From the NCBI RefSeq assembly GCF_053078305.1, contig NZ_CP166879.1: a stretch of DNA of 64,000 nt; one strand, 5' to 3'. Each line of letters opens with the position of its first letter. Within the stretch, counting starts at the first letter, position 1. Below are positions 1-9,260 of the stretch, in pieces. The notes beneath the pieces were generated by a model. It had not been told where the DNA came from and did no database searches. It saw only the letters and a program-made list of their open reading frames with translations. The translations under genes and the position numbers were made by a program.

Positions 1-935
1 GCCTTTAGCCAGGATTCAATAAAGTCGGCCTGGCTATAGATCTCCGCAAGCTGCTCAATGGTTAACAGAGGTACACGTGCGCTGGCATTGGTGATTATTT
101 CGCTGACAGGCTTTGTCAGATCTTCAAAATCGCTGGCCGCTGTTTGTAAATGCTGCATTTTCTGGGCAGTGCAAATAGCTTTTGCTTTACAGAAGCGGCA
201 CTGTTTTTCTCCAGGTATGAAGTTTTCCAGCGGTAGTGTCTCAATGCCTTCGCATTCAGCAATATTGAGAACAAGGATCGCACTGGTTGCGGCCTCCTGT
301 GCCCGTTCACCGAAAGACTGAAGTTCCTGTACGGTTAACGACCATTCTGAAACGTGGTTGAGCCTTGGCTGGTGAATAAATAATCTTACAGTCTCAAAGT
401 CATACAGCATGCTGAATTGTTCGAGCGCACCCAGAGCATACAGTTGTAGTTGCTCATTTTGTTCTGCATCAATGCGGACGCCTTTGCCATATTTCAGGTC
501 GTGGATTTGTAATTCGTTACCAGCGATGATTATGCCGTCGGCAGTTCCGAAAGATTCTTCCACCCCCGTTATATGTGAGAAATCAACACGTTGTTCAACC
601 AATAGTTCATTATTCTGTGCAAGAGTCCAGACCGTATCAACATACCGGCCAACGGCTTCGACCATTTCATCATCCACCTGTGGGCCAGATGTATCATCAG
701 GATTTTCGCGAAGGGGGTATGAGCCGAGAAACATAGAAACATTGCATCCGGCGTAGTGTTCCGGGTGGCTTTGCCTGTTTCGTAGAACTTTTTCAGCAAG
801 CGCGTGCGCTGCAGTGCCCTCGATTGCAAAAGTTGTTTCTTTATCCGGTTGTGTGGCCTCCAGCGCCAGACTTCCTGGGCAGCGCATCCATCGATGCGCT
901 GATGATGGAGAAAGTTGTGCATGAACGTCTGGCAT
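1..935 (-). CDS. PD-(D/E)XK exonuclease, Cas4-like with C-terminal Cys cluster; C-terminus runs off window start
   Basis: Manual minus-strand translation from ATG at 935-933 gives [23 protein letters not shown]... open to position 1; contains HDLKYGK and [10 protein letters not shown] (C-x2-C-x5-C); absent from ORF track because no stop lies in the window. Confidence 0.55.
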   Translation of the reverse strand, partial: MPDVHAQLSPSSAHRWMRCPGSLALEATQPDKETTFAIEGTAAHALAEKVLRNRQSHPEHYAGCNVSMFLGSYPLRENPDDTSGPQVDDEMVEAVGRYVDTVWTLAQNNELLVEQRVDFSHITGVEESFGTADGIIIAGNELQIHDLKYGKGVRIDAEQNEQLQLYALGALEQFSMLYDFETVRLFIHQPRLNHVSEWSLTVQELQSFGERAQEAATSAILVLNIAECEGIETLPLENFIPGEKQCRFCKAKAICTAQKMQHLQTAASDFEDLTKPVSEIITNASARVPLLTIEQLAEIYSQADFIESWLK

Positions 936-937
936 GA

Positions 938-1840
938 TTAACCCTCCAGTGCTTTTTCAGCCAGGGTGATTACTTCAGCGAGATTTTCATCCGTTACTTC
1001 ACCAAGTTTCCTGGCTCCCTGTTTTTCCAGAATTGCAATAGCTTCTGCCCGGTAACCCCCTTTTGCTAACTGGAGGATCAACCCTTCAGCTTGTTTGCGT
1101 AGTGCCGCGAAATCAATTGTATGGTCATCTTTGGCGTCATTATTCTGGCTGGAATTTGCTGCGTCTCTGCGTGCAAATTCTTCCTGCAGCTGAAGGTACT
1201 CAACACGGTTGATCTCGATATGGCCTTTTTTAAGCATCTCGTTCAACTTGCGTAAGGTGTGGAGTTCACTGGCTGCTGTGCCGGATACATTTTTGACGTA
1301 AAACGGCCCCGTGCGTTCTCCATCTTTGTTACTGGCCTTTTTCGGCTTAACTTCATCACGCCCATCTGCAGGTGCATCAAGTAGTTGCTCGGCAAAAGCA
1401 CGTCGCTCGCCGATGGTTGGCAGGTCGTCCCAGAACTTAAGAATGTTACGGGACAGGTCCAGAAGAGCGGGTTTATGCAGTGCCCTGGCTCGTTTGACGC
1501 CCTGCAATGCGCTGTCGAGAGCATCAATCTGAACTACTCGTTTATCGCCTTCAGCATCACGGTAGGCAACAGCACGTTGCAGCATGTCTTCTGTGATAGG
1601 GGTGGCTACCGGGTAGAAACCAGCCAGTGCGATAACGTCGCTGAACTCCAGATCATCCAGTGTCATTGCCGCTGACATATTTTCAGTTTCAGTTGCTGTA
1701 TCCCGACATTCCTGCACTCGTGAAATCGTGTCAGGATGCATAACAATACCTGATGCCATTGTGCGGATAAGACGTTCAAGCAGCGCATTATGTTGTGCCA
1801 GAAGTTGATTATTAAGTTCGAGACTGGTTTCTAAACTCAT
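938..1840 (-). CDS. Hypothetical phage early protein (300 aa), immediately upstream of the nuclease; possibly replication or recombination associated
   Basis: ORF track; stop 2 nt before nuclease ATG; no family recognised. Confidence 0.55.
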   Translation of the reverse strand: MSLETSLELNNQLLAQHNALLERLIRTMASGIVMHPDTISRVQECRDTATETENMSAAMTLDDLEFSDVIALAGFYPVATPITEDMLQRAVAYRDAEGDKRVVQIDALDSALQGVKRARALHKPALLDLSRNILKFWDDLPTIGERRAFAEQLLDAPADGRDEVKPKKASNKDGERTGPFYVKNVSGTAASELHTLRKLNEMLKKGHIEINRVEYLQLQEEFARRDAANSSQNNDAKDDHTIDFAALRKQAEGLILQLAKGGYRAEAIAILEKQGARKLGEVTDENLAEVITLAEKALEG

Positions 1841-1986
1841 ACTGTGGTCCTCGCAACAAGGAGAATGAAAGTGATGATCAGACCGAGCGCAGTGGCAACG
1901 GCCAGACCGGTCATCAAATCGAAGTTTTTACGGCGATAACGGAGAACATCGCGCCCCGTCAGTCGATAGAGGTGTTCAGGTTTCAT
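1838..1986 (-). CDS. Small predicted membrane protein (49 aa)
   Basis: Manual translation [49 protein letters not shown]; stop overlaps ATG of downstream gene (ATGA). Confidence 0.3.
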
Positions 1987-2102
1987 CGGTTGTATTCCTT
2001 TTTTCATATCGGGGAGCGCGCTGTTGCGAGTGCGCTTTCAGACATAAAAAAGCCCGTCACTTGCGGCGGGCAAAGACTACACACAGCAATTACATGGATG
2101 AT

Positions 2103-2297
2103 TCAGTTGGTATTGTGCGTACGTGGTACCACAAGGTTGAAGCGGACACGCCAGTGCGTTGCAATGGTATGCAGGAAAGCACCACATCCAGGGCAGTGCT
2201 CATAACATTCGTTGATTTGGTATCGTTTTGGCTTTGGTGTCTGAAGCTGTGTTTGGCAAGCAGGGCATTCACCTTTGAGCGGTTTATATGTTTTCAC
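2103..2297 (-). CDS. Small zinc-ribbon-like protein (two CxxC pairs: CPAC and CPGC)
   Basis: ORF track 64 aa; position in early-left operon. Confidence 0.35.
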   Translation of the reverse strand: MKTYKPLKGECPACQTQLQTPKPKRYQINECYEHCPGCGAFLHTIATHWRVRFNLVVPRTHNTN

Positions 2298-2580
2298 GCC
2301 GTTTCCTCATTCAGTTCACTTTGGTGGTTCGGCGGCTTCGACTTGTATCAGTAGGCAGTGCTTCGCCGCACCCCAAAGGGAACTTACTGACCCGTATTGC
2401 CGACATCCTGTCCCGCCACGGTCCCGACGCATGGTTTAGAGTCGCGCCGTTCGACTTGTGGCTAAAGATACAATTTGAGTTGTATTGTGTAAACCACAAA
2501 CGTGGTATTTTGTGGGGTGTGAATACTACTTTATTGATATTTAAGTGAATTTAATTTGTAAGACTTTACAAATGGGGTAA

Positions 2581-2600
2581 GGGAGGCTGTTACGCCTCCC
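2581..2600. terminator. GC-rich hairpin (GGGAGGC / GCCTCCC) 20 nt downstream of repressor stop; possible terminator or attenuator
   Basis: Inverted repeat read directly; flanking U-tract is weak. Confidence 0.3.
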
Positions 2601-2619
2601 GATATTTACGGTGGGAATA

Positions 2620-3243
2620 CTAACGTTTACGGCGGTAAATACGGTGTTCGATCATTACACCTATGATCTGTAAGTTCATATCTGCACTACGAAAAATAGG
2701 GTAATCAGGATTTAGGGGGATTAATTCAAAGTCGTCGATGCCGATTCCTAATGGACGGTATTTTTTAAATGTAGCTTCGTGACCGTCGTTTTTGGCGACA
2801 ACAAACTCCCCTGGTGCAGGACATAGTTCAGGATCGATGATAACAATGTCTCCTTCTTTAAACTCTGGTTGCATGCTGTCGCCATCAATACGTAATGCGA
2901 AGCATGTTTCTGGAATGTCAGAGTCTGCCAAAATATATTCAAATTCCCCTGTCAGATCTGTTATGTCTCTTGCTTCTGTAAGCTCTCCTGCCTGAACGTA
3001 ACTTAATATAGGTATGCGTCTGGTACTTATCTCCGCGAGAGGCATAATATTTTTACCGTTCAGTAGCCAGTCTGGGCTACATTTCAAGGCCTTAGCCAGA
3101 TCCAGAAGATTGCGTGGCTTTCTGGTTCGTCCACTTTCGATGGATTCTATGGATTGTTGGCTAACCCCTGCAGAATTCGCTACTTCCACTTGAGTCATTC
3201 CTAATTCCAAACGACGTGCTTTAAAACGGGCTGCGAGAGACAT
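2620..3243 (-). CDS. CI-like phage repressor (N-terminal HTH, C-terminal S24 LexA-type autopeptidase)
   Basis: HTH signature LGMTQVEVANSAGVSQQSIESIE; S24 motifs GDSM and FKKY; start taken at ATG 3243 (ORF track extends to 3294). Confidence 0.8.
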   Translation of the reverse strand: MSLAARFKARRLELGMTQVEVANSAGVSQQSIESIESGRTRKPRNLLDLAKALKCSPDWLLNGKNIMPLAEISTRRIPILSYVQAGELTEARDITDLTGEFEYILADSDIPETCFALRIDGDSMQPEFKEGDIVIIDPELCPAPGEFVVAKNDGHEATFKKYRPLGIGIDDFELIPLNPDYPIFRSADMNLQIIGVMIEHRIYRRKR

Positions 3244-3363
3244 GGGATTAGTCCTTCTGGGTTGTATTAATGTGTATACCCACATTAAAAACAATTTTTG
3301 TTGTATTTGACAAACCTCATTTGTTGTTGCTAAATACCACTAAAATTGTATGAGGTGAAAGCA
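3244..3363. promoter_or_regulatory. Divergent immunity control region: operator-like palindrome TTAATGTG-N6-CACATTAA (3267-3288), perfect -35 TTGACA (3307-3312), Shine-Dalgarno GAGGTG before cro
   Basis: Read directly from sequence; -10 element is weak. Confidence 0.45.
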
Positions 3364-3576
3364 ATGACCTTAGCGACCCGAGTAAAAGAACGACGTAAAG
3401 AACTCAAAATGACGCAAGTTACGTTGGCTGAGCTCACAGGAGTGAGCCAGCAGGCAATAAACAGAATTGAAAGTGGTGTTATTGCTCGGCCACGTTATCT
3501 TCTTGAAATGTCTATAGCATTGGATTGCGACCCTAATTGGCTGTTGTATGGCTCACAAAACGATAAAAAGGCTTAA
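3364..3576 (+). CDS. Cro-like HTH regulator
   Basis: HTH signature MTQVTLAELTGVSQQAINRIESG; divergent from repressor; start at ATG 3364 with SD. Confidence 0.7.
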   Translation: MTLATRVKERRKELKMTQVTLAELTGVSQQAINRIESGVIARPRYLLEMSIALDCDPNWLLYGSQNDKKA

Positions 3577-3579
3577 CCC

Positions 3580-5772
3580 ATGTCCGATAGCAAACCATGG
3601 GGAGCTACGCCTGATGAGTGGTTTCATTTCGACCTGGTATTGGGGAGAACTGATCATCTTCTCCCAGTTGTATGTAACCCCGGTGCGACCATATCCCCTG
3701 ATAGTAAACTGAAAGCGCTGGGTAAGACGCCAAGTCGCTATAACCGGGACCGCCAGGTCACCGGTATTGCTCAATGGACCGGGTATGTTGTTACTGAGCA
3801 TGATTTTGCCCGCTGGTCGAATGAACCGGATTATGGCATCTGCGTGCGTACAGGCCATGGCTGGCTGGCGCTGGACGGCGATAGCGAAGATGAAGACATT
3901 CAGGCAGATATTCGCAAAACGCTTGTGCAACTTCTGGGGGAGTTGCCGCCGCGACGCTGGCGAGCAAACAGTAATAAGTGTCTGTATCTGCTGGCCGTTG
4001 ATGGTGATTTCCGTAAGCGTATCCATCGCCTGGCGGGGGATATGGGCATTATCGAGTTGCTGGCGAACGGGCAGCAGTTCGTTGCCTGTGGTACGCACAG
4101 CAGCGGCGCGCGTATTGAATGGGACGGTGGTTTGCCGGATGAACCTCCGGCTATTACTGGTGAGCAGCTTGAAACGCTGTGGCAGCGCCTGGCTGAACAA
4201 CTCCCTGTGTCGGTAACCACCGAAGCGGGCAACACGAAGATGCGCGACCGATCAGCATTCACGCCCGGCGCGACGGATGATACAGCTGAATATCTTGATG
4301 CCAATGGCTGGACGCTGCTGGATGGCGCAAATGGTGAACGATATATCCGCTGTCCGTTTGAAGACGGCCACAGTAGCGGGGGCGATCCAACAAGCACAGC
4401 TTATTTTCCTGCGGGAACCGCGGGCTTTGAGCAGGGGCATTTTAAATGCCTGCATGCCAGTTGTGCGCATCGTGATGACGGAGATTTCCTTAATGCCATC
4501 GGGATCCGCAACGACGATTTCGAAGATCTGACCAGCACCGAAGTGGCGGAACCTTTACCGCTGCCTGCTTTCGAGCGTGATAAATGGGGGCGTATCGAGG
4601 CAACCATCAGCAACGCAGCCAAAGCAGTAGTACGCCCTGATTTTGTGGACATCGATATTCGCTTTGACCAGTTCCGCGACGAAATCATGTTTGCCTCTGC
4701 AGGATCCGGACAATGGCGAGCATTCACCGATGCGGATTATGCGCGCCTGCGCATCACGATGGAAAAGCGGGGATTTAAACCTGTTGGTCGTGAACTTATT
4801 CGCGATGTGGTGTTACTTGCAGCCGATGAACAACCATTCGATTCAGCGATTACCTGGCTGAACGGGCTGGAGTGGGATGGCGTGCCGCGCATCGAATGTT
4901 TCTACCATACGCACTTCGGTACAGCCGACACGCCTTATACCCGTGCGGTGTCTATGTACATGTGGACCGCGTTGGCGGGGCGAGTACTGGAGCCAGGCAT
5001 CAAAGCGGATATGGTGCCGATCCTCGTTGGTCCGCAGGGCTGCGGTAAGTCTTCCGGAGTGGAGGCACTGAGCCCTGATCCTGCGTTTTTTACTGAAATC
5101 TCTTTTGCCGAAAAAGACGATGATCTCGCTCGAAAAATGCGTGGTCGGCTGGTGGCAGAGATTGGTGAACTGCGCGGACTTAATACCAAAGAGCTGGAGT
5201 CAATCAAAGCGTTTGTGACGCGTACTCACGAAAACTGGATCCCGAAATACCGGGAGTTCGCCACCCAGTTTCCTCGTCGCCTGGTGTTCGTTGGTACCAC
5301 CAATGAGGACGAATTCCTTGCGGACAAGACTGGTAACCGTCGCTGGCTCCCCGTGGAAGTGTCGAAAGTCGACGTGAAAGCGATAAAAAGAGATCTCCTT
5401 TTACTTTGGGCTGAGGCTCGTGAGGTGTTTCAGCGTCTGGGGGGTATCCAGTTCCGTGAGGCTGAACAACTGGCAGCGAGTGTCCATGAACAGTACACCA
5501 TCAAGGATGCTTGGCTTGAAACGGTAGAGAAATGGCTCGACACGCCAGACCTGATGACTAATGAACTTCCGCGAAATTGCGAATTTTTACGCGCAAGTGA
5601 TGTTTTGCGTGATGCGATTGGGCTAAATCCTGACCGCATCGGAAAACGCGAAGAAATGCGAATTAGTAATGTTTTGCAAAATTGCGGGTATAAGCGTGTC
5701 CAAAGGCGAATTGGGGGGAAAATGACTCGAATTTTTGAGGCGGTGTCCCAACCTGTACCAGCCTCAAAATAG
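3580..5772 (+). CDS. Phage replication primase-helicase (N-terminal primase-polymerase-like region, C-terminal P4/VirE-type NTPase)
   Basis: 730 aa; Walker A GPQGCGKSS; family assignment from recall. Confidence 0.75.
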   Translation: MSDSKPWGATPDEWFHFDLVLGRTDHLLPVVCNPGATISPDSKLKALGKTPSRYNRDRQVTGIAQWTGYVVTEHDFARWSNEPDYGICVRTGHGWLALDGDSEDEDIQADIRKTLVQLLGELPPRRWRANSNKCLYLLAVDGDFRKRIHRLAGDMGIIELLANGQQFVACGTHSSGARIEWDGGLPDEPPAITGEQLETLWQRLAEQLPVSVTTEAGNTKMRDRSAFTPGATDDTAEYLDANGWTLLDGANGERYIRCPFEDGHSSGGDPTSTAYFPAGTAGFEQGHFKCLHASCAHRDDGDFLNAIGIRNDDFEDLTSTEVAEPLPLPAFERDKWGRIEATISNAAKAVVRPDFVDIDIRFDQFRDEIMFASAGSGQWRAFTDADYARLRITMEKRGFKPVGRELIRDVVLLAADEQPFDSAITWLNGLEWDGVPRIECFYHTHFGTADTPYTRAVSMYMWTALAGRVLEPGIKADMVPILVGPQGCGKSSGVEALSPDPAFFTEISFAEKDDDLARKMRGRLVAEIGELRGLNTKELESIKAFVTRTHENWIPKYREFATQFPRRLVFVGTTNEDEFLADKTGNRRWLPVEVSKVDVKAIKRDLLLLWAEAREVFQRLGGIQFREAEQLAASVHEQYTIKDAWLETVEKWLDTPDLMTNELPRNCEFLRASDVLRDAIGLNPDRIGKREEMRISNVLQNCGYKRVQRRIGGKMTRIFEAVSQPVPASK

Positions 5773-5773
5773 A

Positions 5774-5925
5774 GGTTGGTACATTTTAACTAATTGAATT
5801 TAAAGGTCAGTACCAACTGTACCAACTGTACCAACCTAATTACTAAGAACCCCATATATATATATAAGTCGCTTGGGGAAAAGGTTTGAAAAGAGCTGGT
5901 ACAGGTGGGTACAGGTTGGTACAGG
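5774..5925. repeat. Iteron cluster: GTTGGTACA once and TGTACCAAC x3 (5811-5835), AT-rich (TA)n core (5853-5866), inverted GTACAG-type repeats x3 (5896-5924); candidate replication origin
   Basis: Repeats read directly; sits immediately after the primase-helicase stop. Confidence 0.6.
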
Positions 5926-6053
5926 CCGAACAAGGAATTTTTTGCACATAACAGCGTGTAATAAGCGAATCGGAACTGCGTTATCCACACCCACGGATAA
6001 ACAGACGTGGTTCTCAGAAAATTTTTTCGTAGCAAAACGTAGAGGTCAGAGCT

Positions 6054-6476
6054 ATGCGTAATATTCAACAGGTTTTAGAGCGCTGGGGTGGCTGGGCAGC
6101 GAGTGAAGGTGGTAGCGTCTACTTTCCTCCTGTTGCAGCCGGGTTTAAGAATCTGCTACCCGCGACGCAGTCTGGAAGGCTGAAATGCAGTGACAATGAC
6201 GGTCTTATCATCAACTCCGCTATGAGCTGCCTGAAGAAAAAAGATCCGTATCTGTGCACGCTCCTTGAGTGGCATTACGTCCAGGCCATGCCCGTGCGGG
6301 CGATGGGTGAGAAGCTCGGCGTATCTCACACCCACGTTCTGAAGAGGCTTCAGGCGGCAGAGGGATTTATTGACGGTTGCTTAGCCATGCTGGATGTGGT
6401 GCTCGAAATGGATCAGTCGGTTCAGTCAAAGCCTCAGGCTATCAGGACTTTGCGTAGGAGCTGCTCGGCGGCATAA
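6054..6476 (+). CDS. Late-gene antiterminator, Q-like (putative)
   Basis: 140 aa; upstream of lysis cassette; resembles small Q-type antiterminators from recall. Confidence 0.45.
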   Translation: MRNIQQVLERWGGWAASEGGSVYFPPVAAGFKNLLPATQSGRLKCSDNDGLIINSAMSCLKKKDPYLCTLLEWHYVQAMPVRAMGEKLGVSHTHVLKRLQAAEGFIDGCLAMLDVVLEMDQSVQSKPQAIRTLRRSCSAA

Positions 6477-6507
6477 TATCCAGCAATCAATCACGTAAGG
6501 GAACCAG

Positions 6508-6684
6508 ATGGCTCTGATCAGCGTTCGCAACAGATTTGAAAGCTTCATGGAACAGAGGTACCCAGACCTGTCGTTGCAGGTCAAAGGTAATATTGGCGCA
6601 TCAATGAAGGCCCAACTTGGCATCGGATTGAACGAGAATTGTACAGTGAAGATGTTACTTACTGTGATTCAGCAGTTCAGTTGA
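6508..6684 (+). CDS. Small hypothetical protein (58 aa)
   Basis: Manual translation MALISVRNRFESFMEQRYPDL...; SD AAGGGA upstream; stop overlaps next start. Confidence 0.3.
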   Translation: MALISVRNRFESFMEQRYPDLSLQVKGNIGASMKAQLGIGLNENCTVKMLLTVIQQFS

Positions 6685-6848
6685 TGTGGACACTCTTTCA
6701 GGCAGGTGTTCTGGCCGAACGAAGAGCTACCAGCGTTACGCTTCCTGCGCTGAAGGCAAAGCCGGATAGCTTCTACGATGCGGGTTATAACGAAGGTATT
6801 CAGGACTGTCGTAAACATCTGACGGCATCAGGCATCAAGGTAAGATAA
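6684..6848 (+). CDS. Small hypothetical protein (54 aa), translationally coupled to upstream small ORF
   Basis: ATG at 6684 overlaps upstream TGA (TGATG); ORF track lists a longer form from 6639. Confidence 0.3.
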   Translation: MWTLFQAGVLAERRATSVTLPALKAKPDSFYDAGYNEGIQDCRKHLTASGIKVR

Positions 6849-6914
6849 AAAATAGTTGTGGAATTCCAAAAAGCCGATTAGCCTGATATCTGTTGAAAAC
6901 AGTTCATCACGAAG

Positions 6915-6940
6915 AGGCTTCCGCAAGGGGGCCTTTTTTA
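6915..6940 (+). terminator. Rho-independent terminator (stem AGGCTTCC / GGGGGCCT, GCAA loop, T-run)
   Basis: Hairpin plus TTTTT read directly. Confidence 0.5.
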
Positions 6941-7167
6941 TTGCCCCATTCTGGGGAAAAGTTAATAAAACAGGGCTTTCGCTGCGAAAAAACGCTATGC
7001 AGTTTTTGCCCTTTTTTATGCACCTTTTATTCACTCGAATTTCGTCATTCTGGACCACTTAAGTTGATTAAATAGGCCTTTCATCGCAAATCTATTGCGA
7101 GCGGGGATCGTGTGGTTCCTATAACGTACATTATGTTAAATAACTTCCTTTTTTAACAAATTTAACA

Positions 7168-7193
7168 AGGTTCGCTATGGCGAACTTTTTTTT
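7168..7193 (+). terminator. Rho-independent terminator (GTTCGC-TATG-GCGAAC then T8); possible tR'-like terminator ahead of the lysis genes
   Basis: Perfect 6-bp stem and 8 T read directly; tR' role is inference by analogy with lambda. Confidence 0.55.
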
Positions 7194-7294
7194 GTATTCA
7201 GGGCCCACCGAAGGACGGCTCATAACCCAATCCTACGGGCGTATACGCAGGGCCCGCCTTTCAACAACACCCCGTAATGGCGGAGGTGGGAAGT

Positions 7295-7636
7295 ATGAAA
7301 ATGCACAATGCTCCTCATTCCTGGCCTGACTTACTGGAACTCTTACAAAGTTGGTGGCGTGGAGATACGCCGTTGGGCGCAGTGGTTATGTCAATTGTTA
7401 TGGCTGGCTTGCGCATTGCCTATTTTGGCGGTGGCGGCGGCTGGAAACGAAAAACGCTTGAGATTTTGCTCTGTGGTGCTCTGACGCTGACCTTTGCATC
7501 CGCTCTTGAGTATGTTGGATGGCCTAAATCTCTTTCTGTTGCCATTGGTGGTGGTGTTGGGCTGATCGGTGTCGATGCTATTCGTGGGGCTGCAATGCGA
7601 GTAATCGGTAACAAGTTTGGTGGCTCTAAGGAGTAG
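7295..7636 (+). CDS. Holin, class I (three predicted TM segments) with dual-start Met-Lys-Met motif
   Basis: ATG AAA ATG at 7295-7303 after SD GGAGGTGGG; hydrophobic segments; directly upstream of endolysin. Confidence 0.7.
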   Translation: MKMHNAPHSWPDLLELLQSWWRGDTPLGAVVMSIVMAGLRIAYFGGGGGWKRKTLEILLCGALTLTFASALEYVGWPKSLSVAIGGGVGLIGVDAIRGAAMRVIGNKFGGSKE

Positions 7637-7639
7637 TTC

Positions 7640-8116
7640 ATGCAGACACTAAATTCCCAACGTAAAGCTTTCCTGGATATGGTGGCATGGTCAGAAGGAA
7701 CGGATAACGGGCGACAACCGACACGTAATCACGGTTATGACGTTATCGTCGGAGGTGAGTTGTTCACTGATTACTCCGATCACCCTCGCAAACTTGTCAC
7801 GCTAAACCCGAAGCTTAAATCAACAGCCGCAGGCCGGTATCAGCTTCTTTCACGCTGGTGGGATGCCTACCGCAAGCAGCTTGGCCTGAAAGATTTTTCG
7901 CCAGAAAGTCAGGACGCTGTGGCGCTGCAGCAGATTAAAGAGCGTGGCGCTTTACCGATGATTGACCGTGGCGATATTCGTCAGGCAATCGACCGTTGCA
8001 GCAATATCTGGGCGTCGTTACCTGGTGCAGGTTACGGTCAGTATGAACATAAAATCGGTGACCTGATTTCCAGGTTTAAAGATGCTGGTGGGGTGGTAAA
8101 TGAAGCTGACTTATAA
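7640..8116 (+). CDS. R: Endolysin, lambda R-type lytic transglycosylase
   Basis: Near-identical to recalled lambda R N-terminus (QRKAFLDM.AWSEGTDNGRQ.TRNHGYDVIVGGELFTDYSDHPRKLVTLNPKLKST). Confidence 0.9.
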   Translation: MQTLNSQRKAFLDMVAWSEGTDNGRQPTRNHGYDVIVGGELFTDYSDHPRKLVTLNPKLKSTAAGRYQLLSRWWDAYRKQLGLKDFSPESQDAVALQQIKERGALPMIDRGDIRQAIDRCSNIWASLPGAGYGQYEHKIGDLISRFKDAGGVVNEADL

Positions 8117-8624
8117 GATTGTTATCGCGGCATTTTTCTTCTCTGCCTTTGGGGCGCTCGTCTGGTCTGCAAACCATTACCACAGCAAGTATCAGGCAGA
8201 AAAGTTGCGGGCTGATAAAGCGGAAGGTGAAGCTGAATATCAAGGGAAAGTGATAGCTAATCAGGCATTAAACTTCAATCGTTTTAACCAGATAGCAGAA
8301 AAAGCAAGCCGATTAAATTCTCTGGTCGACATCGGTCACGAGAAGACAGTCATCAAATACCGTGAGGTTCTGCTCCGTGAAAAGAACTGTGATTTCCCTG
8401 TTCCTGTTGATATTGCTGTCGGGGTGCTCAACTACGCGAACCGTTTACGCGCCAGCGCATTGCACGCCGATTCCGGGGACATTGACTCAGCCGGTGATCG
8501 TGCCACTACCACCAGAACGTTGACATATTGCCAGGCTGTTCTGTGGATTAACCCACTGTTGGCAGCCATCGAGAAGGCGAATAACCAGTTGGCTGGTGTC
8601 CGACAAATAGAACAGTCCCGGTAA
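8100..8624 (+). CDS. Rz-like i-spanin
   Basis: N-terminal TM segment; follows and overlaps endolysin; contains embedded +1-frame lipoprotein ORF. Confidence 0.65.
   Translation: MKLTYKIVIAAFFFSAFGALVWSANHYHSKYQAEKLRADKAEGEAEYQGKVIANQALNFNRFNQIAEKASRLNSLVDIGHEKTVIKYREVLLREKNCDFPVPVDIAVGVLNYANRLRASALHADSGDIDSAGDRATTTRTLTYCQAVLWINPLLAAIEKANNQLAGVRQIEQSR
8377..8523 (+). CDS. Rz1-like o-spanin lipoprotein embedded in the +1 frame of Rz
   Basis: Manual translation (GTG start assumed) KRTVISLFLLILLSGC... with lipobox LSGC and proline-rich tail PVIVPLPPER; start codon uncertain. Confidence 0.5.
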   Translation: MKRTVISLFLLILLSGCSTTRTVYAPAHCTPIPGTLTQPVIVPLPPER

Positions 8625-8685
8625 TAGCATTACAGAAGCTCTTCCAGGAGGGGCTTCGATAATGACCTGATAACTGGAAAATAAA

Positions 8686-9258
8686 ATGACTAAGAAGCTG
8701 AAAGCAAAACACGAGGTGTTTTGTCGCGAGTTTCTTGTCGATCTGAATGCTACACAAGCAGCTATTCGCGCAGGCTACGTCTCCAGGCGAGCACATGTTA
8801 CGGGGGCTGAACTATACGGTAAACCTGAGATACGCGCCCGTATTAACGAGCTAAAGCAGGAGCGTATTGATCAACTGGGCATTGATGCGAATTATGTGCT
8901 GATGCGACTGGTTGAGATCGACAGGCTCGATGTGGCTGACATCCTGGAGGACGATTTAAGTATTAAGCCTCTGTCTGCGTGGCCGGAATCGTGGCGTCGG
9001 TACCTGAGTGGATTTAACCTCGCTGAAATGTTTGAGGGGCGAGGAGATGACAGAGAAATGGTCGGGATCCTTAAAAAGATTAAGTGGCCTGATAAGGTTA
9101 AAAACCTTGAGTTGCTTGGGCGTCATGTTTCTGTTCAGGCGTTTAAAGACAACGTCAAAAATGAAGTGACTGGCGCTGATGGAGGACCCGTCAGAACAGA
9201 AATTACCAACTTAACGCCGGAGCAGGCTGCAGAAGCGTATAAAAAAATGATGGGCTAA
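8686..9258 (+). CDS. Terminase small subunit (P27-type)
   Basis: 190 aa; position before large terminase; family from recall. Confidence 0.75.
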   Translation: MTKKLKAKHEVFCREFLVDLNATQAAIRAGYVSRRAHVTGAELYGKPEIRARINELKQERIDQLGIDANYVLMRLVEIDRLDVADILEDDLSIKPLSAWPESWRRYLSGFNLAEMFEGRGDDREMVGILKKIKWPDKVKNLELLGRHVSVQAFKDNVKNEVTGADGGPVRTEITNLTPEQAAEAYKKMMG

Positions 9259-9260
9259 GT

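Noticed and set aside
5851-5866. (TA)n runs at 5853-5866 and 30559-30570 as independent microsatellite features
   Set aside because: Short, and better explained as AT-rich cores of the origin-like region and of an intergenic spacer respectively.
7199-7260. Repeated CAGGGCCC motifs after the second terminator as a possible RNA gene
   Set aside because: No convincing secondary structure or promoter recognised; likely part of the late leader.
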